A stretch of DNA of 64,000 bases from NCBI GenBank assembly GCA_903915625.1, contig CAIWTN010000077.1, positions 12,172 to 76,171 of the forward strand. The letters run 5' to 3'. The notes under the pieces are model-generated. The model searched no databases, was not told the DNA's origin, and was given only the letters and a program-made list of their open reading frames with translations. The stretch is from an uncultured Pseudomonadota bacterium. GTDB taxonomy: Bacteria > Bdellovibrionota_B > Oligoflexia > Oligoflexales > CAIYRB01. Within the stretch, counting starts at the first letter, position 1; the number at the start of each line of letters is the position of its first letter. Of the stretch, positions 9,931 to 21,254 are shown piece by piece. The position numbers and the translations under genes were made by a program.

Positions 9931-10770
9931 TTACAGCATCGCTGCATGTAGAAATGACTGCACAAAATAGTAGCTGTGATCGTAGCCCTCACACCACTTT
10001 ATCTCGTGCTCTTGTCCGACATCTCGTGCTACGCGGCTAAACTCATCGGGTTGTAGTTGGGGGCCGAGAAATTCGTCGCTGGTTCCCTGGTAGATCAATA
10101 TGGGGGCGGGGTGCCGGTGACCACTTTGCAGAAGTTTACAGGCATCGTAGGATTGCCATTTGGCCTCAATCTCACTGCTATCCCTCCTATCTGCCTCGCC
10201 TAAATAACCGCAGAAAGCTTTGACTCCCCAAGGTACAGAGCACGGATTAACTATGGGTGCGAATGCTACAATTCGGCTAAATAATTCCGGATGACGGAGT
10301 CCCATGACTAAAGCGCCGTGCCCGCCCATTGAGTGGCCCATGATCATGAGTTCAGTGGCACCGAATTTATCTCTCGCAATTGGGCAGATTTCATTAATGA
10401 CGTAGCTAAACATCCGGTAGTGGCGCGCATAGTTACCGACTGTAGCGTCGACATAAAATCCGGCGCCTGAACCAAAATCGTAACTGTCATGTTCAGCCGG
10501 AAGGTTTAGTCCCCGCGGCGAGGTGTCAGGTGCGATGACCATAGTTTGCGTGTTGGCCAACAGGCTTTGCGCGCCAGCCTTTGCCATGAAGTTTTCTTCA
10601 GTACAGGTCAGGCCAGATAGCCACACAATGCAGCGTTTAATCTTGCCGCCAGCAGGTTGAAATGTGGAGAACCGCATCGGTGTGCGTGTTTCCGTTGAGT
10701 CGTGCGTCCAAAAGGAGGTCATTCCGCCAAATGTTTTATGTGCCTTGACGAGTTGCATGGGGCTCTCCAT
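9931..10770 (-). CDS. fghA: S-formylglutathione hydrolase
   Basis: WLSGLTCTEENF, PDTSPRG, GAGFYVDAT, GHSMGGHGA, GYDHSYYF; directly downstream of class III ADH. Confidence 0.92.
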   Translation of the reverse strand: MESPMQLVKAHKTFGGMTSFWTHDSTETRTPMRFSTFQPAGGKIKRCIVWLSGLTCTEENFMAKAGAQSLLANTQTMVIAPDTSPRGLNLPAEHDSYDFGSGAGFYVDATVGNYARHYRMFSYVINEICPIARDKFGATELMIMGHSMGGHGALVMGLRHPELFSRIVAFAPIVNPCSVPWGVKAFCGYLGEADRRDSSEIEAKWQSYDACKLLQSGHRHPAPILIYQGTSDEFLGPQLQPDEFSRVARDVGQEHEIKWCEGYDHSYYFVQSFLHAAML

Positions 10771-10804
10771 CTGGACCTTGTGGCCATTAACTTGTGACCT
10801 ATAA

Positions 10805-11926
<1,122 letters not shown>

Positions 11927-11939
11927 TTAAGTTTTTGAC

Positions 11940-13286
11940 TTATTTCACCATAGCCACGGCCCCAGTGGTTCGCCTGCGCTCTAGCAAATCTATAGTTTGC
12001 GCGAGAGCATCGGCAAGGGCTTGTGCTTCATCAACACGAACACTTCTGCCACCTTGGATCACCGGTCGTCCGTCCACCCAGACATCGCGAACATCACTGG
12101 CGCGAGCAGCGTAAACCAGATTCCAAATAAGAGGGTCGTGGTCCCCGTCGTCAATGAACGGCATTAGGTGCGGCTGCCATAGGTCGACCGTGATGATGTC
12201 GGCTCTTTTACCGACCTCTAAAGATCCAATCAAGTGGTCCTGCTTAAGCAACTTAGCGCCGTCTATGGTGGCGAGTCTGAGTACCTCGGGCGCCGGCAGG
12301 GCGGCGGCATTGCCGAGGAGATTCTTCTGAGTCAGAGACGCGAACTTCATCAGCTCCCACATGCTCAATGAATTATTCGAAATGCTGCCGTCTGTTCCCA
12401 GTCCCATGGTGATGCCACTATTTTTGTAGCGGTAGTAAGGCGGGACTCCACCAGCCAGCTTGGCATTGCTAGTAGGACAGAGGGCTATTCCGGCTATACC
12501 GCCGTCGACTAAAAGGCGTTCCTCATGTTCATTTAGCCATACACAGTGTGCGAGAATCGTGCGTGGGCCTATCATGCCATAATCGTCTAACAGCTCGATA
12601 GGACGGCGGCCGAACTGTTTCTCGACTGCTTCGACCTCTGAGTTGAGTTCGCTAGTGTGAGTGTGTACCTGTACGTCATAATGCCGAGCCATAGCCTGTG
12701 CCCGGCGGTAGGCCTCAGGAGTGCAGTAAAATAGGTGTTCGAGTCCGACCAGCGCTTTTATTCGTCCGTGGTCGCTGTTGTGACAGGCCTTGATGAAGGC
12801 TTCATTGCTGTCCAGAGTTTCAAAAAAGGTCTTGTCGGACCGATCGGCGACGTAAGGCGCTATATGCGCTCTCAGTCCAAGCGCGGTAGCAGCCTCAGCG
12901 CAGCGTTGCGGGTGGCGGTACATGTCCAGCACCGTGGTGGTGCCGCCTTTGAGGGCCTCGAGATAGCTCAGCATTGCTGCCCAATAAGCATCTCGTTCGG
13001 TGAGCACTTGATGTTCGCGTTGGTAAACCGGCAGCCAATCAAGGAGGTTTAGGTTCTCGGAATAGCCCTTAAGCAGACTCGAGTGGCTATGAACATCGAC
13101 GAATCCCGGTAGGACCGCTAAACGCCCGCCTCCATCGATAATCTTGGTGTCCGGCGACAATGTCACTTGATCGGCGGGGCCGACCGACTGAATTTCACCC
13201 TGGTCAAAAACGATACAACCGTCACGGATCACTCGGTCGTTTTTATCGATGGTGACCAGGATGCAATGATTCAAGGCTATTTTCAT
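11940..13286 (-). CDS. Metal-dependent amidohydrolase (MtaD/chlorohydrolase-like deaminase family)
   Basis: PGFVDVHSH, HTHTSE, LAHCVW, GTDG..SNN, GSLEVGKRAD. Confidence 0.85.
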   Translation of the reverse strand: MKIALNHCILVTIDKNDRVIRDGCIVFDQGEIQSVGPADQVTLSPDTKIIDGGGRLAVLPGFVDVHSHSSLLKGYSENLNLLDWLPVYQREHQVLTERDAYWAAMLSYLEALKGGTTTVLDMYRHPQRCAEAATALGLRAHIAPYVADRSDKTFFETLDSNEAFIKACHNSDHGRIKALVGLEHLFYCTPEAYRRAQAMARHYDVQVHTHTSELNSEVEAVEKQFGRRPIELLDDYGMIGPRTILAHCVWLNEHEERLLVDGGIAGIALCPTSNAKLAGGVPPYYRYKNSGITMGLGTDGSISNNSLSMWELMKFASLTQKNLLGNAAALPAPEVLRLATIDGAKLLKQDHLIGSLEVGKRADIITVDLWQPHLMPFIDDGDHDPLIWNLVYAARASDVRDVWVDGRPVIQGGRSVRVDEAQALADALAQTIDLLERRRTTGAVAMVK

Positions 13287-13834
13287 TAGAACCTATACAG
13301 TAAACCCTGCGCTAATTCCTGGGCAAGTTCTTTGCTGCGCAGCAGTTCCACCAATTTTAAAGCAAAGGGTACTGAACTGCCAGGGCCATTACCTGTAATT
13401 GTCTTGCCATCGACGACGACGCCTTCATCGCTGACTTTCGCGCCTTTAAGCTTGCCCTCGAATCCTGGATAGCAGGTAACGTGCTTGCCATTCAGTACGC
13501 CGGCCTTGGCTAGAACTATAGGCGCAGCGCAAATGGCAGCGACATAGCCGCCGGCCTTATTGATCTTTTGCACTAAATCGATCACACGATGGTCTTCAAG
13601 GAGATTGGTGCTGCCCGGCATGCCACCGGGTAGACAGATCATGGCGCAGCTATCCGCATCGACTGCATCGATGGACACATCTGCTTGCACATTAATCTTG
13701 TGAGCTCCGCCCACTAACGGCTCTTTCAGATAACAAGTGCGCACGTCAAGATCGGCGCGCCTTAACACATCGGTAATGGTGATCGCCTCGATCTCTTCAA
13801 ACCCTTCAGCGAGCGGCATGATAATGGTCTTCAT
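13286..13834 (-). CDS. DJ-1/YajL/ThiJ family protein
   Basis: GFEEIEA, LPGGMPG, AAICAAP, TCYPGF, GPG. Confidence 0.92.
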   Translation of the reverse strand: MKTIIMPLAEGFEEIEAITITDVLRRADLDVRTCYLKEPLVGGAHKINVQADVSIDAVDADSCAMICLPGGMPGSTNLLEDHRVIDLVQKINKAGGYVAAICAAPIVLAKAGVLNGKHVTCYPGFEGKLKGAKVSDEGVVVDGKTITGNGPGSSVPFALKLVELLRSKELAQELAQGLLYRF

Positions 13835-13918
13835 GAAACATCCTCCTTACTGCTTCCCTAATGGGAGGAGATGGGTCTCCTGCTGGAATTGCTAACACGA
13901 ACCCAGAGGCGGTGGTAG

Positions 13919-14674
13919 CTATACTTTTTTCGTTAAGCGCAAGGCAGCGAATAATTGGAATTTCCCATTTTTTGAGCTGGTATATCTGCGGTCAGCGCTT
14001 TTATTGAAGAAGTTTTCGAAAAAAGGACGACGCCGAAATATCCATTTGGCAATGTATAGATTGAGTACAAAAATTGAGTCCAGGAAACCACCCTTAACCG
14101 TCATATTCTCAACAGTCAACTGGGCCTCTTCGGCAAATTTTTCGATCATTCGCGGCTTATAGTGCCTGTGTCCAGTAAGCAGGTAAGCTGGATCTAGTAA
14201 ATTCGTGATAAAACTGTGGTGAGGAGTAGACAGATAAATACGCCCTTCAGGGCGGAGAACACGCTTCATTTCACGGAACATCTGGACTTCGGTCCGCTTT
14301 GGAATATGTTCTAAAACTTCCCAAGTTACTACCGTATCAAAAGAGTTGTCAGGAAACGGAAGTGCGATCGCACTGCCGACGCTGAAATCAACTCTTGGAT
14401 CTAAGATAAACTTACGAATGGTCTTGAGATCCTCGTCTGTGTGATCCATAGCGATAATTTTTTTTATATCTTGTTTTATTGCGTGCCGTTCGAACCAGCC
14501 GAATCCGCATCCGATGTCGAGAACATCTTTTCCAGTAAGATCCTTTGGGTCAAGGAAATTATTGATGGCATATAATTGACCACCATGCAGGTCCGCAGCT
14601 GGAAATTCATTTATAATATTTATCATGTGACTGGACCTCGGAAGTATTTCATCGCGCGATATTATGTGACTCAA
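13919..14674 (-). CDS. Class I SAM-dependent methyltransferase
   Basis: VLDIGCGFG, LPFPDNSFD, EVLEHI, RVLRPEG. Confidence 0.85.
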   Translation of the reverse strand: MSHIISRDEILPRSSHMINIINEFPAADLHGGQLYAINNFLDPKDLTGKDVLDIGCGFGWFERHAIKQDIKKIIAMDHTDEDLKTIRKFILDPRVDFSVGSAIALPFPDNSFDTVVTWEVLEHIPKRTEVQMFREMKRVLRPEGRIYLSTPHHSFITNLLDPAYLLTGHRHYKPRMIEKFAEEAQLTVENMTVKGGFLDSIFVLNLYIAKWIFRRRPFFENFFNKSADRRYTSSKNGKFQLFAALRLTKKV

Positions 14675-14800
14675 GTTTTATATTTCTAAGCATTATATGG
14701 TAAGATCATGCTCAAGGACAATTGGCATTGAATTAAAAAAAGTCCTCAAGTTTAGGCCGTTTCAGTCATGTGATTAAACTTGTGGATATTGGAGCGCACG

Positions 14801-15493
14801 ATGTTGAAGCGCTATATGAGATATCTTTTTAGCTCAGCCTATCAGCTAAATCGGGATAATATACTTTCACTCTGTACAGAAAACTCCGAGGCTAAAATTC
14901 TCGATCTTGGCTGTGATGACGGGGAATGGACTTGCCAGCTTGGTCGCAAAATTCGCAGCGGACATCTTTTCGGTGTCGAGATTGTCAAAGATCAAGCGCT
15001 AATTGCACGGAATAACGGAATCGATGTTGTAGAGCATGATTTAAATCAGGCACTGCCATTTCCTGACAATCATTTTGATGTGATTCATGCAAATCAAGTG
15101 ATCGAGCATGTTGGGTCGGTTGATTTGTTTGCGTCCGAAATCTACCGGACTTTAAAGCCAGGTGGATATGCTGTGATCTCGACAGAGAACGCGAGCAGTT
15201 GGCATAATGTGTTTGCCATCATATTGGGTTGGCAAATGTTCTCGCTGACGAACTTGTCAGACAAGATGCTTGGCATCGGCAATCCCTTCGCCATTTTGCG
15301 TCATCAAAATCTGAAATGGGGATCTTGGACTCACAAAACTATTTTTAGCTACTTGGGATTGATGGAGTTTTTAGGCTGCCATGGCTTTAAAAACCAAAAA
15401 ATACTTGGATCTGGATACTTTCCTTTTGGTGCTAAGTTTGGACGGTTTGACGTGCGACATGCGCATTTCATCACAGCTTACGCCGTAAAGTGA
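14801..15493 (+). CDS. Class I SAM-dependent methyltransferase
   Basis: ILDLGCDDG, LPFPDNHFD, QVIEHV, LKPGG. Start taken as ATG 14801. Confidence 0.85.
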   Translation: MLKRYMRYLFSSAYQLNRDNILSLCTENSEAKILDLGCDDGEWTCQLGRKIRSGHLFGVEIVKDQALIARNNGIDVVEHDLNQALPFPDNHFDVIHANQVIEHVGSVDLFASEIYRTLKPGGYAVISTENASSWHNVFAIILGWQMFSLTNLSDKMLGIGNPFAILRHQNLKWGSWTHKTIFSYLGLMEFLGCHGFKNQKILGSGYFPFGAKFGRFDVRHAHFITAYAVK

Positions 15494-15541
15494 AACTCAT
15501 GATCGCTCCACTTTGATTCTAAGTGTGACCTTAAGTATTTT

Positions 15542-15557
15542 TGGCGCGAAAAATGCA
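15542..15557 (+). promoter_or_regulatory. Putative sigma54 promoter
   Basis: TGGCGCGAAAAATGCA (GG-N10-GC), 31 nt before ATG 15589. Confidence 0.45.
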
Positions 15558-15588
15558 CGGCAGTCTTTTTAGGAAGGCGAGGTGCGAG

Positions 15589-17187
15589 ATGAGCATCGGG
15601 AATCACCTAGGTCGTGCTGCTGTTGAATACAATTATGACACTGTGGTGATAGGGTCTGGTATCGGTGGGCTAACTACCGCAGCTTGTTTGGCCAAGGGTG
15701 GGCAAAAGGTACTAGTTCTCGAGCGTCATTACACGCCAGGTGGCTTTACGCACACTTTCGAGCGTAAGAAGTATATTTGGGATGTCGGGGTCCATTATAT
15801 CGGTGAGGTTCGGCGCCCAGATGCCAGTGTTAGACGTATCTTCGACTACATCACTGATGGCAAATTACTCTGGAACAGCATGGACGATGTCTATGATGTG
15901 ATTGAGGTGGACGGTAAATCCTACGAGTTGGTTGCTGGCCGTGAACGTTTTCGGGCGCGCATGTATGACTACTTTCCGAACGAGGCATCGGCGATCGACA
16001 GATACCTGGACCTTATCGGGGAGGTTGGCCGTAGTGCCCAGTCATTTTTTGTGCAACGCGCGTTGCCGGCTTGGATGGGGAGGCTGCTGTACGACAAGCT
16101 TAGTCGGCCATTCCTGACGCTTTCCAACGCCACGACTGAGGCCGTTCTTGCGGATCTAACTAGGGACCAGACTTTGATCAAAGTGCTGACTGGCCAGTGG
16201 GGCGACTATGGTCTGCCGCCAGGGTCATCAAGTTTTGCCATGCATGCGATGGTTGCCGGGCACTATCTTGGCGGCGCAAGTTATCCCGTGGGCGGTGCCG
16301 GTGCCATCGCTGCGCATATCGAACCAGTGATAAAAAGTCGCGGCGGCCAGATTGTAACCAGTGCTGAAGTTTCGCAGATTCACACCTCCCAAGGTGTAGC
16401 GACGGGAGTCCGTCTAAGCGATGGTCGTGAGGTCAAAGCCAACAACATAATTAGCTCGGTGGGCGTGAAAAATACCTATGAGAGGTTAATTCAGGATCCT
16501 GCCCTGATTCCCGATCAAGTGCGCAGGTATTTGAGTCGGGATCAACAATCGATGGCGCATGTATGTCTTTATATCGGCATTAATTGCGATCTGCGTACCC
16601 TTGGTCTGAGTGACTCTAATCTTTGGTTGCATAGGGACAGTGTCCAAGACGTGCACATGAAGGAATTATCCAAGCTACTTGGTGAGGATATTCCTGTGGT
16701 TTTTATATCTTTTCCTTCGCTAAAAGATCCCGAATGGGAGCTCACTCGCCCGAATCTCGGCACCGTCGAAATTGTCATGCCAGCTTCAATGCAGCGCTTT
16801 TCATTGTGGCAAGAGAGCAAGTGGCATAAGCGCGGTGCTGATTACGAGCAATTAAAGGCAGAAGCTACCGGACACTTGCTGGAAATTTTATTTTCCAAGT
16901 GTCCAATTTTGCGAGAGCACGTTGCCTACAGCGAGTTGTCGACCCCCTTATCTACGAGGCACTTCTCGAACTATAGCAGCGGTGAGATTTACGGACTCAA
17001 GCACGATCCCGAGCGCTTTAAGCAGTCGTGGTTGCGAGCAGAGACACCGATCAAAAACCTCTATCTAACCGGTCAGGACATTGCCACGTGCGGTATCGCC
17101 GGAGCTCTGCTTGCCGGTGTGATCACGGCAAGTCGTGTGCTAGGTCCGGTGCGGAGTTTGGGGCTTTTGCGTCGTACTTTTTTCTAG
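15589..17187 (+). CDS. Phytoene desaturase / retinol saturase-like FAD oxidoreductase
   Basis: VIGSGIGGL, LERHYTPGG..HTF, WDVGVHYIG, QWGDYG, YPVGG, STPLS, LYLTGQD. Confidence 0.88.
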   Translation: MSIGNHLGRAAVEYNYDTVVIGSGIGGLTTAACLAKGGQKVLVLERHYTPGGFTHTFERKKYIWDVGVHYIGEVRRPDASVRRIFDYITDGKLLWNSMDDVYDVIEVDGKSYELVAGRERFRARMYDYFPNEASAIDRYLDLIGEVGRSAQSFFVQRALPAWMGRLLYDKLSRPFLTLSNATTEAVLADLTRDQTLIKVLTGQWGDYGLPPGSSSFAMHAMVAGHYLGGASYPVGGAGAIAAHIEPVIKSRGGQIVTSAEVSQIHTSQGVATGVRLSDGREVKANNIISSVGVKNTYERLIQDPALIPDQVRRYLSRDQQSMAHVCLYIGINCDLRTLGLSDSNLWLHRDSVQDVHMKELSKLLGEDIPVVFISFPSLKDPEWELTRPNLGTVEIVMPASMQRFSLWQESKWHKRGADYEQLKAEATGHLLEILFSKCPILREHVAYSELSTPLSTRHFSNYSSGEIYGLKHDPERFKQSWLRAETPIKNLYLTGQDIATCGIAGALLAGVITASRVLGPVRSLGLLRRTFF

Positions 17188-17213
17188 TATTACAGTGAAA
17201 AAGAGTGACCGAC

Positions 17214-17480
17214 TTAGCATCTTTTATTCGTATCCAAAGGATGCCAGCCTGGATGCTTCAAGGCATACTGCAGCGCTACTCGCAGGGACGGTGCTCTGCG
17301 GATGTCACGGAATAATGTCCAGAAATCGTGAAAGTTGATCACAAAAGGGTTGTATGATTTGAGGGGCTTGGTCAAACCATATACGACTGGCGCATCGCTA
17401 AGTTCCGCCTGGTAGGTACCAAACATTCGGTCCCAAATCATCAAGACGCCGCCATGATTTTTGTCAAGAAAGATAGGGTT
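17214..17480 (-). pseudogene. 3' remnant of a sterol desaturase / alkylglycerol monooxygenase-like gene
   Basis: NPIFLDKNHGGVLMIWDRMFGTY..YGLTKP..NPF..FH is the family C-terminus. In-frame TAG at 17483-17481; His boxes and N-terminus absent. Confidence 0.75.
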
Positions 17481-17788
17481 CTAACCAAGGCAATCTCACT
17501 GCTGTCGAAAGATTATACTGCTGGGAGCTATGGTGCACCGAGTGTGTGCAAGAATTTGCCGATTTAGCTTCGTTTCTACAAAATGGACAAGATCAAGGGT
17601 GGGTTGATCCCGAACTCGATCCAACCACTGCTGCCATCGCACTGCATGGAGCGATGGTCCAGCAGGTTCGCCTTGATCGATATCGCCGCGAGCTACAGGG
17701 CAAAAGCCTGGCAGATCAGCAACAACGGGCAACGGTCGTTCGCGATTTGATTGCAATCTTTAGTCGCGGTCTGAGCTTGCCCTTGTGA
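17477..17788 (+). pseudogene. 3' remnant of a TetR-family regulator (C-terminal domain only)
   Basis: LASFLQNGQDQGWVDPELDPTTAAIALHG..IFSRGL resembles a TetR C-terminus. No HTH; in-frame TAG at 17474-17476. Confidence 0.55.
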
Positions 17789-17802
17789 CTCGTTACTTGT
17801 GA

Positions 17803-19728
17803 CTAAGGTAGTTGCGTTTTGGTTGCGACGCTTTTCTCCGCCGAGAGTATGCTGTCGAGATACTGCGCTGCCTCTGCATTGCTTGGGTATTGCTGCTTGA
17901 GAATTTGGAGTTGGACGACCGCCTCTTTAAGATCGCTGTGATCTTTTAGCGCTAGTGCCCAATAGAGGCGAGCGTCGAAGTTGGTTGGATTGATGGCGAG
18001 GGCTTTAATGAAGCTAGCCCTGGCAGCATCCCATTGGTTTGTTCGCACCAGCGCCAGCGCTAGATTTAAATAGGCCGGTGCAAACTCAGGTGCCTGAGAC
18101 ACAGCCTCGCGGCACTGAGTGACGGCCTCTGAATAGCGATGTAAATCTGTAAGAACGGAGCAGCGGTTTGAAAGTGCGAGTGGATACAAAGGCCGAATGC
18201 GTATGGCTTCAGCAAGAGCATCGGCCGCATCTTGAAGTCTATTTAGATTGACGTAGGTTGTACCTAAGTTGTTGTGTGGTCTAGCCCAATCTGGAAGAGC
18301 ATTCCTTGCACGTTCCAGGAGTGGCAGGGTTGCCGCCCAGTTGCCTTGATTGGCTAAATCGTTCGATATGCCGATAAGTGCGACAGCACCATCCGGCTGC
18401 ACTGCTAAACTGTGGTCGAATAATTTGCGCTCACTCGACCAGAAGTCCACCTGCCGCAAAGTCTGGGTGGCAAGTAGGGCTAAAATTACCAAACTTGTTA
18501 TCAAAGTGCCGGTGCGCTGGGAGTGAACATGATTCACCAGACCGCACACCAATATAGAGGGACCAAGCACGGCGAGGTAAGCATAGCGGTCACAAACAGT
18601 GGAAAAGAATTGATAGCCGAATGGCAAAAATCCAAGGGAAGGTAGTAGCCCAAGTATAAATACCAAGGCGGCGATTAGCGGCAGTCTGTAACCCAGCATT
18701 GGTCTTCTAAACCAAATCCAAATGCCCAGTGCTGCACCGCAATACGGCACTAGCGAGCGAATTAGGAGCCAGACATTTCCCATGACCAACTTGGGATGAC
18801 GTCCATAGTCCAGAGCGAAGTCGATGGGTATCATGATCTTTTGCAGGTAAAAAATGATTGCATCACCGGCAATCAAGGGTCGCGCCAGCCACGGCACCGG
18901 TTGAAAAGTGCCTTCTGCCCCTTGTGTTGCGTTGGCTACTGAAAAATAGGCGCAAAATGCTAGCGCATGCGGGATGAGCTGCGTCAGGGACCTAAGCATC
19001 AATTTGCCGTTTGTGTAAATGGACATAAGCAAATAAAGCGCGGGTAGGACCAGCTGCGAGGGCTTAGCTAAAATAGCCAGTATGAAGCAAACAAAAGAGA
19101 TGGCGTAGAATAAGTTCAGGATCCGCTGAGACTGCTGAGCCCTCCGTGATGATGCGGATGCAGAACGTGGCGATACGGTAGATCTCGGCTGTAAAAATTT
19201 TGCGTAAAACAGCAACGAGGCTAGCCCAAAAAACGATGACAGTACGTCTTTTGCTCCTGATGCCCAGGCAACCGCTTCGACCTGAATCGGATGAGCGACA
19301 AAAAATAGCGCCGCGATTAAGGCTGCGGCAACGCTAGCACCGAATTCAAGCAGCAGCATCCACACTAGCGCCCCGTTAGCTGCGTGAAGCACGACATTAC
19401 CAAGGTGAAATATCCATGGCTTAATTGTCGGGAGTGCCTCGCCACTACTTAGAGCATGGGAAAGCGCAGTCCCAGCAGACCAGTATAGATAGGTGGCTGG
19501 TATGTAGAGACCAAGGTAGGGCTCTTGCCAGTAGCTCGACAGAGTCTCGCTGGTCATCGCTAGCATGCGCGGGTTTTCGTAGATATTTCGGTCGTCATCA
19601 TGCTCGAGAAAGCCGAAGCGGATACTTACGCCGAAAAGAAGAAGAGCTATTACGACTATTAAACCTGCGCCTCGCCAGCGTTGCTTGGAAGTTACGATCT
19701 CGCGAGAAATTTTCAATTCTTGTCCCAT
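17803..19728 (-). CDS. TMTC-like multi-pass membrane protein with C-terminal TPRs (putative GT-C protein O-mannosyltransferase)
   Basis: HDD..IYEN, FHLGNVVLH, FVAHPIQVEAVAW, AKP, DRYAYL, followed by TPR repeats. Confidence 0.85.
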   Translation of the reverse strand: MGQELKISREIVTSKQRWRGAGLIVVIALLLFGVSIRFGFLEHDDDRNIYENPRMLAMTSETLSSYWQEPYLGLYIPATYLYWSAGTALSHALSSGEALPTIKPWIFHLGNVVLHAANGALVWMLLLEFGASVAAALIAALFFVAHPIQVEAVAWASGAKDVLSSFFGLASLLFYAKFLQPRSTVSPRSASASSRRAQQSQRILNLFYAISFVCFILAILAKPSQLVLPALYLLMSIYTNGKLMLRSLTQLIPHALAFCAYFSVANATQGAEGTFQPVPWLARPLIAGDAIIFYLQKIMIPIDFALDYGRHPKLVMGNVWLLIRSLVPYCGAALGIWIWFRRPMLGYRLPLIAALVFILGLLPSLGFLPFGYQFFSTVCDRYAYLAVLGPSILVCGLVNHVHSQRTGTLITSLVILALLATQTLRQVDFWSSERKLFDHSLAVQPDGAVALIGISNDLANQGNWAATLPLLERARNALPDWARPHNNLGTTYVNLNRLQDAADALAEAIRIRPLYPLALSNRCSVLTDLHRYSEAVTQCREAVSQAPEFAPAYLNLALALVRTNQWDAARASFIKALAINPTNFDARLYWALALKDHSDLKEAVVQLQILKQQYPSNAEAAQYLDSILSAEKSVATKTQLP

Positions 19729-19878
19729 TGTCTTTTTCCCGAATCAAGGCTCGCTGTCGGCAAAGGTGGCCTGAAGGTGCGATTTCATTATAGCCCAAGT
19801 CGGTTGCCTAAAAGGCTCCTGCTGACAATTGTAAGTGATGGAAAGATTTGATTATAGATGGGTTTTTGAGCGTTGCAC

Positions 19879-19906
19879 TAAAGAAAACTGAGCACTGTGC
19901 CGATAA
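19879..19906 (+). promoter_or_regulatory. Putative sigma28/FliA promoter
   Basis: TAAAG-N15-GCCGATAA (consensus) upstream of GTG 19959. Confidence 0.75.
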
Positions 19907-19958
19907 GCAACGTGCAGTGCTGGCGTCGATTAGGGGCAAGAGACTTACGAGGGTATTA

Positions 19959-21254
19959 GTGAAAATAGAACTCGTAGCAAGAAAAATTTCTGTGATCTTA
20001 TTGGCCAGCATACCGGTCAATTTGGCTGGCTGCGACTTTAAGTCACGTGCGGATAATCACCTAAAATATCTTACCGAAAGCGACGAGCAGTGCGCATCCT
20101 ACGACACGGCCAGGATGGATTACATTCGTAAACTGCCGTCGGGTTTCATCACCGGTTATCAAGGCAACCAGATGGAGGTTGTCGTCAATCGCATCGCAGG
20201 GATTCCTGACCGTGACTTGGACCATTTACTGTGGTCATTTTCAAATCGAAAGCTAAGCGGCATAAAGCCGGGATTTGCACTCTTCGGTGTTGCAGGATTG
20301 ACCACTTTGTCGTCAGGAAGCACTAAAGATGGGTTCCGCGGCATGCAAGCTATCAGTATCACGACAGGAGCTAACCAAGGTGGTTTTGCCCTTCAGCATG
20401 AGGTTGGTCACGCAGTCGAAATCGTAGCGCGTGAAGCAGCGCAAAAGACAGAATATTCAAATTTTGATGCGGCGATGCGCGATGTCGTGAACGAACTCAA
20501 CAGCAAAGGTGGACTGATTCGAGGGTATGCGAAGTCCAGTCCTGGAGAAGCATGGGCTGAGTCTTATGCTAACTATTACTGCTCCCCCAAGACTCAGAAT
20601 TTTATCCGCGATAATTTACCGAGGACGTTTAAATTTTTGAACGCCGTATTGACACCGGCCCGCTGGGCATCGCCACCAGCCCCCACGGCAGCTGTGGTAA
20701 ACAACCCCAGTGGTGGTCAAGGTGGCCAGCAAGATTCGCAGACATCCGGTGCGTCAAAAGCCGCTGACAGTGCTGGGCAGCCGCGGGGCGCTGGTGAGGC
20801 TAGCGGCGAATGGTTGGATAAACTAGTCAAGAATGCAGATCCTAGCGTTTTTAAACCATCAGCCGCCGCCCAGAGTAGTTTTAAGGGCAGTGCTGAGGGC
20901 AGTAACGAAAGCATTCGTCTCGCCTTAGAGGATTCCGCAGATGGCTCGACGGACACCGGGATGATGTTTGCTTCGGACGCTGATGCGGACCAGGTTTTGG
21001 TCTGTTTCGACTCGGAATCAGCCTGCAAAGCCAAGAGCGCTCTATCGGCTGCGGACGCCTTATTGACCGTTCCAAGAACTAAAATCATCGGTGGCCGCAG
21101 TTTCTTTTTGACGAAATACTTCCGTGCAGATCAGGCTAACTATCTGCTGCAGCCGTGGTCCGCCTTGGCCTATGACAAAGACGGGACCCTACTGAGTTCA
21201 CGACGGTTCATGCTCAGCGAGAGGGGCGGGAAGGTTGGGAAGGCAAAAAAATGA
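19959..21254 (+). CDS. Lipoprotein zinc metallopeptidase, lethal-factor/Pro-Pro endopeptidase-like (HExxH...E)
   Basis: Lipobox LAGC, QHEVGHAVE, YAKSSPGEAWAESYANYY..P.TFKFL, a low-complexity linker and a C-terminal domain. Start moved to GTG 19959. Confidence 0.7.
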   Translation: MKIELVARKISVILLASIPVNLAGCDFKSRADNHLKYLTESDEQCASYDTARMDYIRKLPSGFITGYQGNQMEVVVNRIAGIPDRDLDHLLWSFSNRKLSGIKPGFALFGVAGLTTLSSGSTKDGFRGMQAISITTGANQGGFALQHEVGHAVEIVAREAAQKTEYSNFDAAMRDVVNELNSKGGLIRGYAKSSPGEAWAESYANYYCSPKTQNFIRDNLPRTFKFLNAVLTPARWASPPAPTAAVVNNPSGGQGGQQDSQTSGASKAADSAGQPRGAGEASGEWLDKLVKNADPSVFKPSAAAQSSFKGSAEGSNESIRLALEDSADGSTDTGMMFASDADADQVLVCFDSESACKAKSALSAADALLTVPRTKIIGGRSFFLTKYFRADQANYLLQPWSALAYDKDGTLLSSRRFMLSERGGKVGKAKK

